From Pseudomonadota bacterium (GTDB lineage: Bacteria > Desulfobacterota > Desulfobulbia > Desulfobulbales > Desulfocapsaceae), in assembly GCA_018821985.1 (NCBI GenBank), contig JAHJKP010000040.1, forward strand, positions 29,956-93,955: a stretch of 64,000 bases of DNA, read 5' to 3'. This document shows positions 9,801 through 21,234 of the stretch, piece by piece. Within the stretch, counting starts at the first letter, position 1. The number at the start of each line of letters is the position of its first letter. The position numbers were made by a program, and so were the translations under genes. The notes under the pieces are model-generated. The model saw nothing but the letters and a program-made list of their open reading frames with translations. It was not told where the DNA came from and did not search any database.

Positions 9801-10814
9801 TTATTTCAGGCCTTTCACGCCCTCGAGATGGGCATTGTTCAAGATCATGTTTTCGGTCTTGGCGCCAGTGAAATCAGCCTTGATCAAGTTGGCCCCGCTG
9901 AGATCGGCATCTGTAAGATTAGCGCCCTTAAGATTAGCGCCGGGCAGATTAGAATTCAAGAGAGTGGCTCCTTTCAGGTTGGCATCTTCAAGGTTGGCGC
10001 GTCGCAAATTGGCGCGACTCAGGTCGGCCCCTTGGAGATCGGCCCCTTTGAGATTAGCGCCTACAAGGTCTGCCTGCCGCAGATCGCTTTTTTCCAGATT
10101 GCATCCCGGACAGTTCTTGGCCATGGATTTTACGGTGTGCTCAACTTCTTCATCGGAGGCGACCGGTATTACTTCCTCGTTCTGCATAGGAGAAGCGGAC
10201 TGTCCTGAATCTTGCGGGGAAGAAACATCCTGTCCTGCGGCCAGGGATTCTCGAAGAAAGGTCGCTTTTTTGGGTGGCTCAGCACTCTGCAGGGGGGCAG
10301 AAGGAGGCACAGGAGCTGGAGACGTTTGTCCTGTAGCCAGAGCTTCGCGGAGATATGTGTTTTTTTGAGGTGATTTTGGCGGCTTGTACAGATGCGCAGA
10401 ATCTCCAGTGAACGATTTGGCATTGTAAGCGAGGGCACCGTTATCTTGAAAAAGAACATAGTTATTGGTTCCTGTATCTGGATAAACGGCATAGCATCGC
10501 ATCTCGCTGTAATACCAGACCTTGAATTTGAGACAAAGCTGGTTCTCACCATTAATGTCCCATCCCCCTTTATCGGTATCGTTTCCGTTTATTGATTTTG
10601 CCCTGGCGGAGACATTACCGTCGGGCTGGAAATACATATGGGAATTAAAGCTAATGGATTCCATATATAAGGTATTGCCGGAAACAAGACTGAATATCTG
10701 TTGCGCGCTGAGTGGGGTGCTGCCCTTGGCAGCCATCTGATTTTGTGTGACTGGAGCGCAACCTGCAAACAAGAGAGTACAGAGAAGAATGGATGGGAAA
10801 AGTCGTGATAACAC
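9801..10814 (-). CDS. pentapeptide-repeat lipoprotein
   Basis: GTG start 6 nt after AAGGAGG. Lipobox LFAGC. C-terminal run of A(D/N)LxG pentapeptides (ADLVGANLKGADLQGADLSRANLRRANLEDANLKG...). The stop lies 2 nt before the dnaE ATG. Confidence 0.8.
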   Translation of the reverse strand: MLSRLFPSILLCTLLFAGCAPVTQNQMAAKGSTPLSAQQIFSLVSGNTLYMESISFNSHMYFQPDGNVSARAKSINGNDTDKGGWDINGENQLCLKFKVWYYSEMRCYAVYPDTGTNNYVLFQDNGALAYNAKSFTGDSAHLYKPPKSPQKNTYLREALATGQTSPAPVPPSAPLQSAEPPKKATFLRESLAAGQDVSSPQDSGQSASPMQNEEVIPVASDEEVEHTVKSMAKNCPGCNLEKSDLRQADLVGANLKGADLQGADLSRANLRRANLEDANLKGATLLNSNLPGANLKGANLTDADLSGANLIKADFTGAKTENMILNNAHLEGVKGLK

Positions 10815-10897
10815 AGCGAACCTCCTTATATGACAACATGTTGAAATGAGATAGAAATATCAATAATTTTACAAATATACCATAAAGGAAATTGCTT

Positions 10898-10928
10898 TGC
10901 ACTTTATAAACAGAAAGTGCACTTTTTT
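10898..10928 (+). terminator. hairpin plus T-run (intrinsic-terminator-like), orientation ambiguous
   Basis: TGCACTTT-ATAAACAG-AAAGTGCA followed by CTTTTTT. It lies in the spacer between the N-ATPase operon end and the pentapeptide gene start. No annotated plus-strand gene lies upstream of it. Confidence 0.35.
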
Positions 10929-11029
10929 GAACTGCGAAATGGCGAATCAGCTATTTGCCGAGGAATCTTCCTAGCTGCAGCTTGGAGGATAATGACAATA
11001 AGAAATAATAATTTTTAGAGCTTATCTGC

Positions 11030-11058
11030 TGTTATTATATTTTTGTAGTATTGGTTAG
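11030..11058. repeat. left copy of a 29-nt imperfect direct repeat bracketing the glgP/N-ATPase block
   Basis: TGTTATTATATTTTTGTAGTATTGGTTAG versus 21108-21136 TTTTATTCTATTTCTGTAGTATAGGCAAG: 23 of 29 identical, same orientation. Confidence 0.35.
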
Positions 11059-11069
11059 ATCATTATTGA

Positions 11070-11963
11070 TCATTTTTCCTTCACGTTCAGTGCTTCGAAG
11101 CCGGAGATGACGTCGAACAGTTCTTCGTCAATGCTACTCTGACGCAGACGATGGAAGGTCCCATTGAGGTTTTCCCGCAATTCCCCAATGTTTTTGTCGG
11201 CGCGTTGCATCGCCGCCAGGCGGCTCGCGTTCTCGCTCGCTAGGGATTCAGCGCAGGCCCGAAAGAGTGAGACGAAAAGATATTCGCGGATGAGTACCCG
11301 CAAGGTTTTAGTGCCGTCCCCGATGACTTGGGGCAAGTTTTGCGTCGGCCAGGAAAGTGCAACCAGCTGGCGTTGCCATTTTTCGTCAAGCGGCAGCAGC
11401 CGCTGACTGACGGGGATATAAATTGCCGCGGACATGGGACGGTTATAGAAAAGATAGAGTTCAGTGACTTCAGCCTGGCTGTGATGCGTCACGCTCTCCA
11501 CGAGAATTTGCCCGACGAGCGGGGTGATGGCCTTAACAGAGTTCGGCACGGTGAAGAGTCCCCTCAGCGGCAGACCTGCATCGGCCAAGCGCGCATGAAC
11601 GCGTTCACCGACGGCCCAGATTTGAGGTTTTGTCGGCAGATCCTTCAGCTTCTTGACCGCATAGTCGACCACCACATCATTAAACTGACCCACAAGGCCC
11701 TGGTCGGAGCCGAAAACAACTGCACCGATCATACACTCTTCAGACTGTTCTCTCTGATCTGTCATTATGGGAGCTACCCTGCTTTCCCGGAAGCATGCCC
11801 CCAATCCCAGCTCTACCGTGCGATAGTAATCAGCCAACGAGCGAACCGAATTCTCGTATTGTCCGATGTTCGAGGCTGCCATGGCCTTCATCGTCCGGAC
11901 GACGGATTGAAGATCTCCTGCTCTATTGATCTGTCGGCGCAGACTCGCTGTGCTCTCGCTCAT
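11070..11963 (-). CDS. atpG: N-type ATPase gamma subunit
   Basis: Gamma-like N- and C-terminal helices ([24 protein letters not shown] ... [11 protein letters not shown]). Last gene of the atpDCQRBEFAG order. ATGA overlap with atpA. Confidence 0.9.
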   Translation of the reverse strand: MSESTASLRRQINRAGDLQSVVRTMKAMAASNIGQYENSVRSLADYYRTVELGLGACFRESRVAPIMTDQREQSEECMIGAVVFGSDQGLVGQFNDVVVDYAVKKLKDLPTKPQIWAVGERVHARLADAGLPLRGLFTVPNSVKAITPLVGQILVESVTHHSQAEVTELYLFYNRPMSAAIYIPVSQRLLPLDEKWQRQLVALSWPTQNLPQVIGDGTKTLRVLIREYLFVSLFRACAESLASENASRLAAMQRADKNIGELRENLNGTFHRLRQSSIDEELFDVISGFEALNVKEK

Positions 11964-13513
11964 GACAGTGCTTCGGCTTCAGATTGAGTTTGGAAGGGAG
12001 CAAGCGTTTGGCGGGCGATCTGGATAATAATGTTACGATCCTCGTCACTCATCTTATCAGCGGTATCCAATCGTTTGCACACCTCTGGAGGAATATCCAC
12101 CGCCGCCTCATGCAAGGCATGCTCGGCGACTGTCATCTGGTCAAGCATTATGCTGTCAAAGAGTCTTGCGGTCAACGCCAGGAGCACAGCGATCTGCGCG
12201 GGCACGGAAACTGCTACGAATTCCGACTGTTTGAGGCAGGCGCGAATGCGCCGTCCGTGCTCAATGATCCTACGGGTGTTTTCATCGAGGCGGGCGCCGA
12301 AGCGGGCAAAGGTTTCGAGTTCCTCGAACTGGGCATAGGCGAGCTTCAGATCACCGGCCACTGCACGGTAGGCAGTCCGTTGTGCCTTGCCGCCGACACG
12401 CGAAACGGATTTACCGACATCGACCGCGGGCAGCACGCCCAATTCGAAGAGTGACGGGGAAAGATAGATTTGTCCATCAGTGATGGAAATAAGGTTGGTG
12501 GGGATATAGGCAGAAATATCCTGTGCTTCAGTCTCGATTATGGGCAGCGCGGTGAGAGAGCCGCCTCCGAGTCCCTTGCGCAGGTGCGTCGCTCGTTCGA
12601 GCAGCCGCGAGTGGATATAAAAGATGTCGCCGGGGAATGCTTCGCGACCGGGCGGACGGCGCAGTAAGAGAGAGAGTTCGCGGTAGGCGCGGGCGTGATG
12701 GGTGAGGTCGTCGTAAACGATCAACACATCCCGGCCCGCTTCCATGAAAGACTCAGCGATGCTGGTCGCGGCGTAAGGGGCGATGTAGGCGAGCCCCGGC
12801 GGGTCGTTGCCCTCGGTCACGAGAACGACGGTGTAATCCATCGCTCCCTTTTCCTGCAGGGTTGCCACGGCCTTGGCGACCGAGGATGCGCGCTGGCCGA
12901 TGGCGCAATAGATGCACAGAACATTCTGGCCGCGCTGATTGAGAATGGTATCGATCGCGATGGCGGTCTTGCCGGTCTGGCGGTCGCCGAGAATCAACTC
13001 ACGCTGACCGCGCCCGATGGGAACAAGCGCGTCAATGACCTTGATGCCGGTCTGGAGAGGCACCGTCACCGGCGCGCGGTCCATGATATGCGGGGCGGCC
13101 CGTTCGACGGGCAGACGCTGGCCTCCAGCCACTGGACCCTTGCCATCAAGTGGCCGACCGAGCGGGTCGATGATACGCCCTAGCACCGCATCACCCACGA
13201 CTACGTCCATGACCCGGCCTGTGCGCCAGACTTCGTCACCCGCGTGTAGATGCCAGTATTCACCGAGCAGCACGACGCCAATTTCATCGGCATCCAGGTT
13301 GAACGCAATGCCAAGCACATCACCGGGAAACCTGACCAATTCATCAAAACCGACGCCGGGAAGACCCGATACCTTGACAATACCCGTGGCGACACTGGTA
13401 ATCGTGCCCACCTCCCGGGGTGTCAATTGCGGGGTGAATGCCTCCCGTGCCTGACTTATTGCGCTAAACGCGTCGTCAAAAACCTTCTTGAGGCTTTCTG
13501 GTTCCCTGTTCAT
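11960..13513 (-). CDS. atpA: N-type ATPase alpha subunit
   Basis: Walker A GDRQTGKT, plus [21 protein letters not shown] and other alpha-subunit signatures. Confidence 0.95.
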   Translation of the reverse strand: MNREPESLKKVFDDAFSAISQAREAFTPQLTPREVGTITSVATGIVKVSGLPGVGFDELVRFPGDVLGIAFNLDADEIGVVLLGEYWHLHAGDEVWRTGRVMDVVVGDAVLGRIIDPLGRPLDGKGPVAGGQRLPVERAAPHIMDRAPVTVPLQTGIKVIDALVPIGRGQRELILGDRQTGKTAIAIDTILNQRGQNVLCIYCAIGQRASSVAKAVATLQEKGAMDYTVVLVTEGNDPPGLAYIAPYAATSIAESFMEAGRDVLIVYDDLTHHARAYRELSLLLRRPPGREAFPGDIFYIHSRLLERATHLRKGLGGGSLTALPIIETEAQDISAYIPTNLISITDGQIYLSPSLFELGVLPAVDVGKSVSRVGGKAQRTAYRAVAGDLKLAYAQFEELETFARFGARLDENTRRIIEHGRRIRACLKQSEFVAVSVPAQIAVLLALTARLFDSIMLDQMTVAEHALHEAAVDIPPEVCKRLDTADKMSDEDRNIIIQIARQTLAPFQTQSEAEALS

Positions 13514-13524
13514 TGATTCTCTGC

Positions 13525-14331
13525 TTAGGATTGAGGTTCCTCAGGTTGAGTGTCTGCCTTGGTTACAGGTATGTCCTTCTCCTGCAGAAGTTCACCGACG
13601 CCCTTTTCCAGAGAGGCCAGATAATCGGCGATGCTCCATGCCACTTTTAGTCCATTCGTGCTGAGTTCAATGCCGCTGATCAGCTTTGGAGCGGTCTCGA
13701 AGCGGACGCGGATTTCAGCCGAAAAGGTTTCGTTAAGCGCATTTTGTATCGTCGCCCGTTGCTCCGCTGGCAGGTCAAAGGCGCTGCGTACGAGCGCAGG
13801 GTCTGACTTTGTCTTCAGGGCCTCGGCAAGACCTGCCTTCGCCTCTCCGTCCATCTCTTGCAAGCGGTGAGCGAACATTTCTCCCATCCGTTCTTCCAGA
13901 CTCGTCGTGGCAAGATCCGTCAACACCTTCCGGGCGATGGCAAATACCTCCTGCTGAGCCCGGAGACTGATGACTTGATTCAGGTTGCGAGCATCATTTC
14001 TCAACCTTTCCTGCCGTTTGGCCGACAGATCGTCGGCCGCCTTCCGCGCTTCATCAAGGAGCCGCTGACGTTCAACTTTTGCCTCGTCAGTTGCCTGGCG
14101 CAAGAGTGCGGCATGCTGCTGGTCAAACTCCTTGTTCTTCTGCTGGAACTCGTCTCGTTCCCTTTGAGCTTCGGCCTGTTTGGCATCGGCGTTCGCCAGT
14201 TCCGTGGCAATATGCTTCTCACGAGCGTCGAGGGCATGGAGGATGGGCTGATAAAGAAAACGCTTCATCAACCACACCAGGATGATAAAGTTAAGCGTCT
14301 GTGCTCCGACCGTGAACCAATCGATTAACAT
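13525..14331 (-). CDS. atpF: N-type ATPase b subunit with delta(OSCP)-like C-terminal extension
   Basis: N-terminal TM helix and a long charged coiled coil. The C-terminal ~60 aa ([55 protein letters not shown]) follows the pattern of the delta-subunit C-terminus. No separate atpH is present in the operon. Confidence 0.8.
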   Translation of the reverse strand: MLIDWFTVGAQTLNFIILVWLMKRFLYQPILHALDAREKHIATELANADAKQAEAQRERDEFQQKNKEFDQQHAALLRQATDEAKVERQRLLDEARKAADDLSAKRQERLRNDARNLNQVISLRAQQEVFAIARKVLTDLATTSLEERMGEMFAHRLQEMDGEAKAGLAEALKTKSDPALVRSAFDLPAEQRATIQNALNETFSAEIRVRFETAPKLISGIELSTNGLKVAWSIADYLASLEKGVGELLQEKDIPVTKADTQPEEPQS

Positions 14332-14335
14332 AGAC

Positions 14336-14617
14336 TTACTTTCCTGTGACCTGGGAGATGACGTGGTTCCAGAAGGGATTGGCGAAGATGAGAATCATCG
14401 ACACCACGAAGCAGTAGATGGCCGTTGATTCAATCATCGCCAGTCCCACGAACAAGGTCCGGGTGATGGTAGTGGAGGCATCAGGCTGCTGGGCCAGCGA
14501 GGTCAGGGCCGTCGAGACTGCTCTCCCTTCCGCCAGCGCCGGTCCCATACAGCCGAAACTCGTGGTAATGCCGGCGATGATAATTGATGCCACCGCGATG
14601 TAGGTCATGCTGTCCAT
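14336..14617 (-). CDS. atpE: N-type ATPase c subunit (predicted Na+-binding)
   Basis: Two-helix hairpin with AAGGAGA SD. LAQQPD loop and IESTAIY in helix 2, i.e. the Q...E-S-T..Y ligand set of the I. tartaricus Na+ c-ring. Confidence 0.9.
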   Translation of the reverse strand: MDSMTYIAVASIIIAGITTSFGCMGPALAEGRAVSTALTSLAQQPDASTTITRTLFVGLAMIESTAIYCFVVSMILIFANPFWNHVISQVTGK

Positions 14618-14641
14618 AGGTTCTCCTTTTGTTGTGGTCGT

Positions 14642-15346
14642 TCAGGCTTCAATATTTTGTGCTTCGGGTTCAGGCTTTGATTTGCGGACACGCGTAGCGG
14701 CCGCGATGTAAACTGCTGCCAGGATGCTGAAGATATAGGCCTGCACCATGCCGGTGAGCAGACCGAGCATCGTCATGACGATCGGGAAGATGAAAGGTGT
14801 AATAGTAAGTAGAATAGCGATAATCATTGCCCCGCTCATCATGTTGCCGAATAGACGGACGGCCAGGGCCAGGGTGCGCGAGATCTCGCTGATGAGGTTA
14901 AACGGCAGCATGATGAATGTCGGCTCCATATAGGACTTGAGGTAGTTGCCCACCCCTTGCTCCTTTATACCGAAAAACGGTACGGCCACAAAGACGCACA
15001 AGGCGAGGGCAGCTGTGGTAGAAAGAGAACCGGTCGGCGGCTCGTAGCCAGGAATGACAGTGCAGAGGCTGGCGACGGCGACGAAGAGGAAGAGCGTGCC
15101 CAAAAAGCCGAGATAGTTCCGCGGATGACTCAGACCAACATCTTCAATTTGTTTCTCGATAGCGCTGACAATGATTTCCACAAGGTTCTGCCAGCGGGTA
15201 CGTTTCAGACCCGTGGAAAAATTGCGCGTGATCAGTTTGGCACCCACGGTCAGCACGAACATCAGCCCCCAGGTGAACAAAATTGTGGCGTTGAGTTTTA
15301 AAAAACCGTGTTGCCAGAAAATTATCTCGTCGGGACTAAGGCGCAT
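14642..15346 (-). CDS. atpB: N-type ATPase a subunit
   Basis: Polytopic membrane protein with conserved LAVRLFGNMMSG (stator Arg). Start set at the Met preceded by AGGAGG (MRLSPDEI...). Confidence 0.88.
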   Translation of the reverse strand: MRLSPDEIIFWQHGFLKLNATILFTWGLMFVLTVGAKLITRNFSTGLKRTRWQNLVEIIVSAIEKQIEDVGLSHPRNYLGFLGTLFLFVAVASLCTVIPGYEPPTGSLSTTAALALCVFVAVPFFGIKEQGVGNYLKSYMEPTFIMLPFNLISEISRTLALAVRLFGNMMSGAMIIAILLTITPFIFPIVMTMLGLLTGMVQAYIFSILAAVYIAAATRVRKSKPEPEAQNIEA

Positions 15347-15662
15347 GGCTGGCCTCCTGTGCCAAGTCAATTTGCTTTTCTGCTGTTCTCGTGAGCCGCA
15401 TCAGGACAAAGCGCGCCATGACAAATCCAAAGAGACACAATAAAAACCGCTCCCAGTGAGCGTGCGCAATGAAATAAAAACCAACCAGGGTAATGCTCAT
15501 CCGTAAAAGCATGCTGCCGAGAAACCAAAGTGCTGGTTGCTCAGAGGAAAGTCCTTGGCGAACCGTCCACCAGAGACCACCGAAGTAAATCGCCCCGAGT
15601 ATCCCCCCCCCCATCCCTGCCAGTAGCAGTATCAGTGTTTCATTCATCATTGTCATCGTCAT
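15336..15662 (-). CDS. atpR: N-ATPase-specific small membrane subunit AtpR
   Basis: ~108 aa, three predicted hydrophobic segments, GGLWWTVRQG motif. Position between atpQ and atpB is as in N-ATPase operons. The exact start among MTMTMM is uncertain. Confidence 0.7.
   Translation of the reverse strand: MTMTMMNETLILLLAGMGGGILGAIYFGGLWWTVRQGLSSEQPALWFLGSMLLRMSITLVGFYFIAHAHWERFLLCLFGFVMARFVLMRLTRTAEKQIDLAQEASHAP
15603..15612. repeat. C10/G10 homopolymer inside atpR
   Basis: The plus strand reads ATCCCCCCCCCCAT. On the coding strand this is ATG-GGG-GGG-GGG (M-G-G-G). Confidence 0.9.
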
Positions 15663-15979
15663 CCTTCTCTTCTTCCCGCATTGCCTTGTCTTCCTTGGCG
15701 ACCCAGTGCCAGGCGTTGAAACAACCGAGCGCGAGTCCAACTGCCAACAACGCCAGCGTCCAGGAACGGCCTCCGGGATAGCGGTTGTCCAGCCAGATAC
15801 CGAGCGCCGCACCGAGAAGCGTTGGCACTACCACCGACCAGCCGATCAGTCCCATCATGCCCAGGCCAAACCAGACGCCTGGCGTTGGGTTACGACGTGC
15901 CTTGAGTTTCCGCGTTGCCTGCAGGCCCACCTCCCGACTGAGCGTAGGCTGCTCTTTCGCGCTCTTGATTTCCGGTTTG

Positions 15980-15987
<8 letters not shown>
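15640..15987 (-). CDS. atpQ: AtpI-like small membrane protein AtpQ of N-ATPase operons
   Basis: 115 aa with a GTG start overlapping the atpC stop. Two TM helices (VWFGLGMMGLIGWSVVVP..., WTLALLAVGLALG) and an acidic tail. Located between atpC and atpR. Confidence 0.7.
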
Positions 15988-17825
<1,838 letters not shown>

Positions 17826-18127
17826 TCAGTTTAATTCACAGGCGTCTTCTGCTGCAGCAGTGTGGAACGGGCATTTGATAATTGAACCGCCGTTTATCGT
17901 CAGGATTAGCGATGAGTCGCAGAGCGGGTAGGTTGATTGGTTATTCATGCAACCGAATATTCCCTTTTGTCAGCCGGACACTGTTTTTTTAATCATCACC
18001 GCCAGGGCGACCATTGCGTTTCATGCAAATAGCATTGACTTCCCACAACCTCTACTCCTGATGCAGATCAGTGATTGATTAGCCACGCTATCGTATCTGT
18101 CCCTTTGTCTATTTTTTGATAAATGGA

Positions 18128-20674
18128 TCAGCGCTGCCATAGGATTCGGGCATCTTCTAATGGGATCGTAACGCCGTCGCAGTACGGTATCACTCGTACC
18201 GTATAGTCTGTTGATGGACGGGATGCCAAAACAGCCACGCTGTAAACATAGCCACCTGATGCGCCGACCAGTTGGCGAACGCACTTCATCTCCTGGCGTA
18301 CCGATGGCCCGTCACTCGTTCCATCGGCATAAAGCTCCACCCGTACTGCCTGAGGAACAAGCTCATTAAGATAGACCTGAACCTCAAATACGTGCTGATC
18401 GCCCTTGGTCTCGACTTTCTGTTCGCCAAAGCGCAGGTTCGGCCAGTTGTGCGCAATCGCACGCTGCCAATTTACTACTTCTCTGCCGTTTGCCCCTTTA
18501 TCAGCAGCGCGCTTGCGATAAGCCACAGCCGCTGGGAGGTAATGTTGCTCAGTGTATTCGCGCACCGTGCGATCGGCAGAGAATTGTGGTGTTAACCGTG
18601 CCATGCTTTCCCGCATCCGCGCCACCCAGGCCGTGGGTATGCCGCGCTCGTCACGGGCATAAAACTCCGGGATCACCTCCTGTTCGAGCAGATCGTAGAG
18701 CGCCTCAGCTTCAACAGCATCCCAGGCCGGATCGTTGCCATGTTCCTGACCATCCCCCAACGCCCATCCAACTTCAGGTGTGTAGGCTTCCGCCCACCAG
18801 CCGTCCAATTCCGAGAGATTGATGCCACCATTAACAAGCACCTTCATGCCGCTCGTCCCACATGCCTCCCAGGGTCGCCGCGGTGTGTTGATCCAGACAT
18901 CCACTCCCTGCACCAGATGCTCTGTAATCAGCATATCATAGTCGCTCAGGAAAATAATGTGCGCTCGGGTCTTCGCCTGACGGATGAAATTTATCCATTC
19001 ATGAATCAGGGCCTGCCCTGCCGGGTCTGCCGGATGGGCCTTGCCGGCAAGGATGAGTTGTACTGGTCGTTGCGGGTTGCTTAACAGACGAAGCAGTCGT
19101 TCCGGATCGTGCAGCAGCAGATTCGGTCTCTTGTAGGTCGCAAAGCGGCGGGCAAAGCCAAGTATCAATTTGTTGGGATCAAAGAGATATTTTGCCGCCT
19201 CAACCGCATCGGGCGAGGCGCCGGAGATAGCCAGTTGCCGGGACAATCTCTCACGAGCGAATTCAACAAGCGACTTGCTGGCAGCGATGCGAAATTGCCA
19301 AAGGGTGATATCGGAGACGCAACGAATATCATGCTCCAGGGTTTTCGTCGTCCCCAGCCAGCGATCCTTTCCACAGGCTTCCGTCCATAGGTCATCGGCC
19401 GGGGCCGAATCCCAGCTCCGCATGTGGACTCCGTTGGTCACGTGTCCGATGGGCACTTCATCCTGAGGCCAGTGCGGAAAAAGAGGCTGAAAGATGTTCC
19501 GGCTGACTTTTCCATGCAAGCGACTCACGCCATTAACAGCTCCGCTGCCGCGGATCGCCAGATAGGCCATGTTGAAACTCTCCGCTGGATCATGTGGATT
19601 GCGACGGCCAAGGGCCAGCAGGTCGTGGAGTGGGATACCGAGCTTCTGTTCGGCATACCCCCCGAGGTATTGTTCAATGAGGGCCGGAGTAAAACGGTCA
19701 AAGCCGGCAGTCACTGCCGTATGGGTGGTGAAGAGATTTCCGGCTCTGGTTGCGGCCAGCGCGACCTCGAAGGGCTGTCCCGTATCTTCCATGAAACTGC
19801 AGGCGCGTTCCAACACGGCAAAGGCCGCATGTCCTTCATTCAGATGACATACTTCCGGCTGGATACCAAGCGCAGCAAGCAGTCGCCAGCCGCCGATGCC
19901 AAGGAGCAGTTCCTGTTTGAGGCGCAGCTCCGGCCCGCCACCATACAGCTCGCTGGTAATGCCGCGATGAGCCGGGAAGTTCGCCGCGTCGTTGCTGTCC
20001 AGCAGGTAAAGCTTGACTCGACCGACCTGAACCTGCCAGACGCGCAGCCAGACCGAGTAACCGGGTAAGTCTATCTCCAGCCGCAGCCACTCGCCATTGG
20101 GGTGGCGCAACGGCATGATCGGCAACTGTCCGGGATCGTTATACGGGAAGAGGGCCTGTTGCATCCCCTCCTTGTCGATCACCTGGCGGAAATAACCTTG
20201 CTGGTACAGCAACCCCACACCGACCACAGGCACGCCCTGATCGCTGGCAGCTTTGAGCTGATCGCCGGCGACATTGCCAAGCCCGCCCGAGTAGATAGGC
20301 AAGGCTTCACTCAACATAAATTCCATGCTGAAATAGGCGATGCAGGTCAGGGAACTCTGCGTATGATTCTGCTGAAACCACGCGGGCGTCCCCGCCACTT
20401 CGCGCATGGATTGTACCAGGCCATCAACGTTTTTACGAAAAACGGGATCGGCCAACACATGTTCGATCTGATCACGCGAGACCGTCTGCAGAACAACCCA
20501 GGGATTATGCGTAATTTCCCACAGCTCGGGATCAAGCTGCCGCCATACTTCGTCGGTGGCATGGTTCCACGACCAGTGCATATCCAGGGCCAGCTCGGCG
20601 AGGGAACTGAACCCTTCAATTTCCGTGGGGAGAAGATTATATATGGGGTGGCTGACACGGGTTTGTTCGCTCAT
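18128..20674 (-). CDS. glgP: alpha-glucan (glycogen/maltodextrin) phosphorylase, GT35
   Basis: 848 aa. GGLGNVAGD near the N-terminus and the PLP-lysine region EACGTSGMKVLVNGG. Confidence 0.9.
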   Translation of the reverse strand: MSEQTRVSHPIYNLLPTEIEGFSSLAELALDMHWSWNHATDEVWRQLDPELWEITHNPWVVLQTVSRDQIEHVLADPVFRKNVDGLVQSMREVAGTPAWFQQNHTQSSLTCIAYFSMEFMLSEALPIYSGGLGNVAGDQLKAASDQGVPVVGVGLLYQQGYFRQVIDKEGMQQALFPYNDPGQLPIMPLRHPNGEWLRLEIDLPGYSVWLRVWQVQVGRVKLYLLDSNDAANFPAHRGITSELYGGGPELRLKQELLLGIGGWRLLAALGIQPEVCHLNEGHAAFAVLERACSFMEDTGQPFEVALAATRAGNLFTTHTAVTAGFDRFTPALIEQYLGGYAEQKLGIPLHDLLALGRRNPHDPAESFNMAYLAIRGSGAVNGVSRLHGKVSRNIFQPLFPHWPQDEVPIGHVTNGVHMRSWDSAPADDLWTEACGKDRWLGTTKTLEHDIRCVSDITLWQFRIAASKSLVEFARERLSRQLAISGASPDAVEAAKYLFDPNKLILGFARRFATYKRPNLLLHDPERLLRLLSNPQRPVQLILAGKAHPADPAGQALIHEWINFIRQAKTRAHIIFLSDYDMLITEHLVQGVDVWINTPRRPWEACGTSGMKVLVNGGINLSELDGWWAEAYTPEVGWALGDGQEHGNDPAWDAVEAEALYDLLEQEVIPEFYARDERGIPTAWVARMRESMARLTPQFSADRTVREYTEQHYLPAAVAYRKRAADKGANGREVVNWQRAIAHNWPNLRFGEQKVETKGDQHVFEVQVYLNELVPQAVRVELYADGTSDGPSVRQEMKCVRQLVGASGGYVYSVAVLASRPSTDYTVRVIPYCDGVTIPLEDARILWQR

Positions 20675-21047
20675 GCTCCCTCTCTTTCATTTGACTCGGA
20701 ATTGAGAGCAGAATGCCTCCTCAACAGGGGCATTGCGACGGAATTCCAGAGCCTTCGTTTTCTCGCGTCTGAGGAATGTCAGTGCGAGTATCGCTGACGA
20801 GTCAATTCTTCTATAATCGGTTGTGCTCCTTGATCATCAATCCGGGAAATAAGGACATTCAAACCACCTCTAACGATATAATGTATGTCGCCGTTCCACT
20901 TGATCGGCAGGCAGGATTTTAACAAATATGGATTGCGGCGCTATTCCTATTGTAACAAAGAAATATTCAGTGATTTTTTTCTAAAGCCTGTGATGTCCAG
21001 TCTCACGGCGCTAAGCAACGCGCCAGCAATGGTTGGTCCATTCACCT

Positions 21048-21074
21048 TCAAACAGGCTGTTTGAGTTTTTTTTT
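21048..21074 (+). terminator. orphan intrinsic-terminator-like hairpin
   Basis: TCAAACA-GGC-TGTTTGA followed by G and T9. No annotated plus-strand gene lies upstream. Confidence 0.3.
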
Positions 21075-21107
21075 GATCAGAAGTAATGATTTGTGCAACT
21101 TCTTTAT

Positions 21108-21136
21108 TTTTATTCTATTTCTGTAGTATAGGCAAG
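21108..21136. repeat. right copy of the 29-nt imperfect direct repeat bracketing the glgP/N-ATPase block
   Basis: See 11030-11058; 23 of 29 identical. Confidence 0.35.
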
Positions 21137-21234
21137 GCCTGACGAATATAGTTTATTAGACCAGTTCATGGGCAGAGTGTGAACAGTCAATTGTTCACTG
21201 ACTTACTTGTTTGTAAGTTAGGTAACCACCATAT

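Noticed and set aside
9040-10368. 442-aa plus-strand ORF with repetitive LAPLRSA-like sequence.
   Set aside because: It is antisense to the dnaE 5' end and to the pentapeptide-repeat gene. Its periodic sequence is just the reverse-frame image of the A(D/N)LxG repeats, and it has no SD or independent motif.
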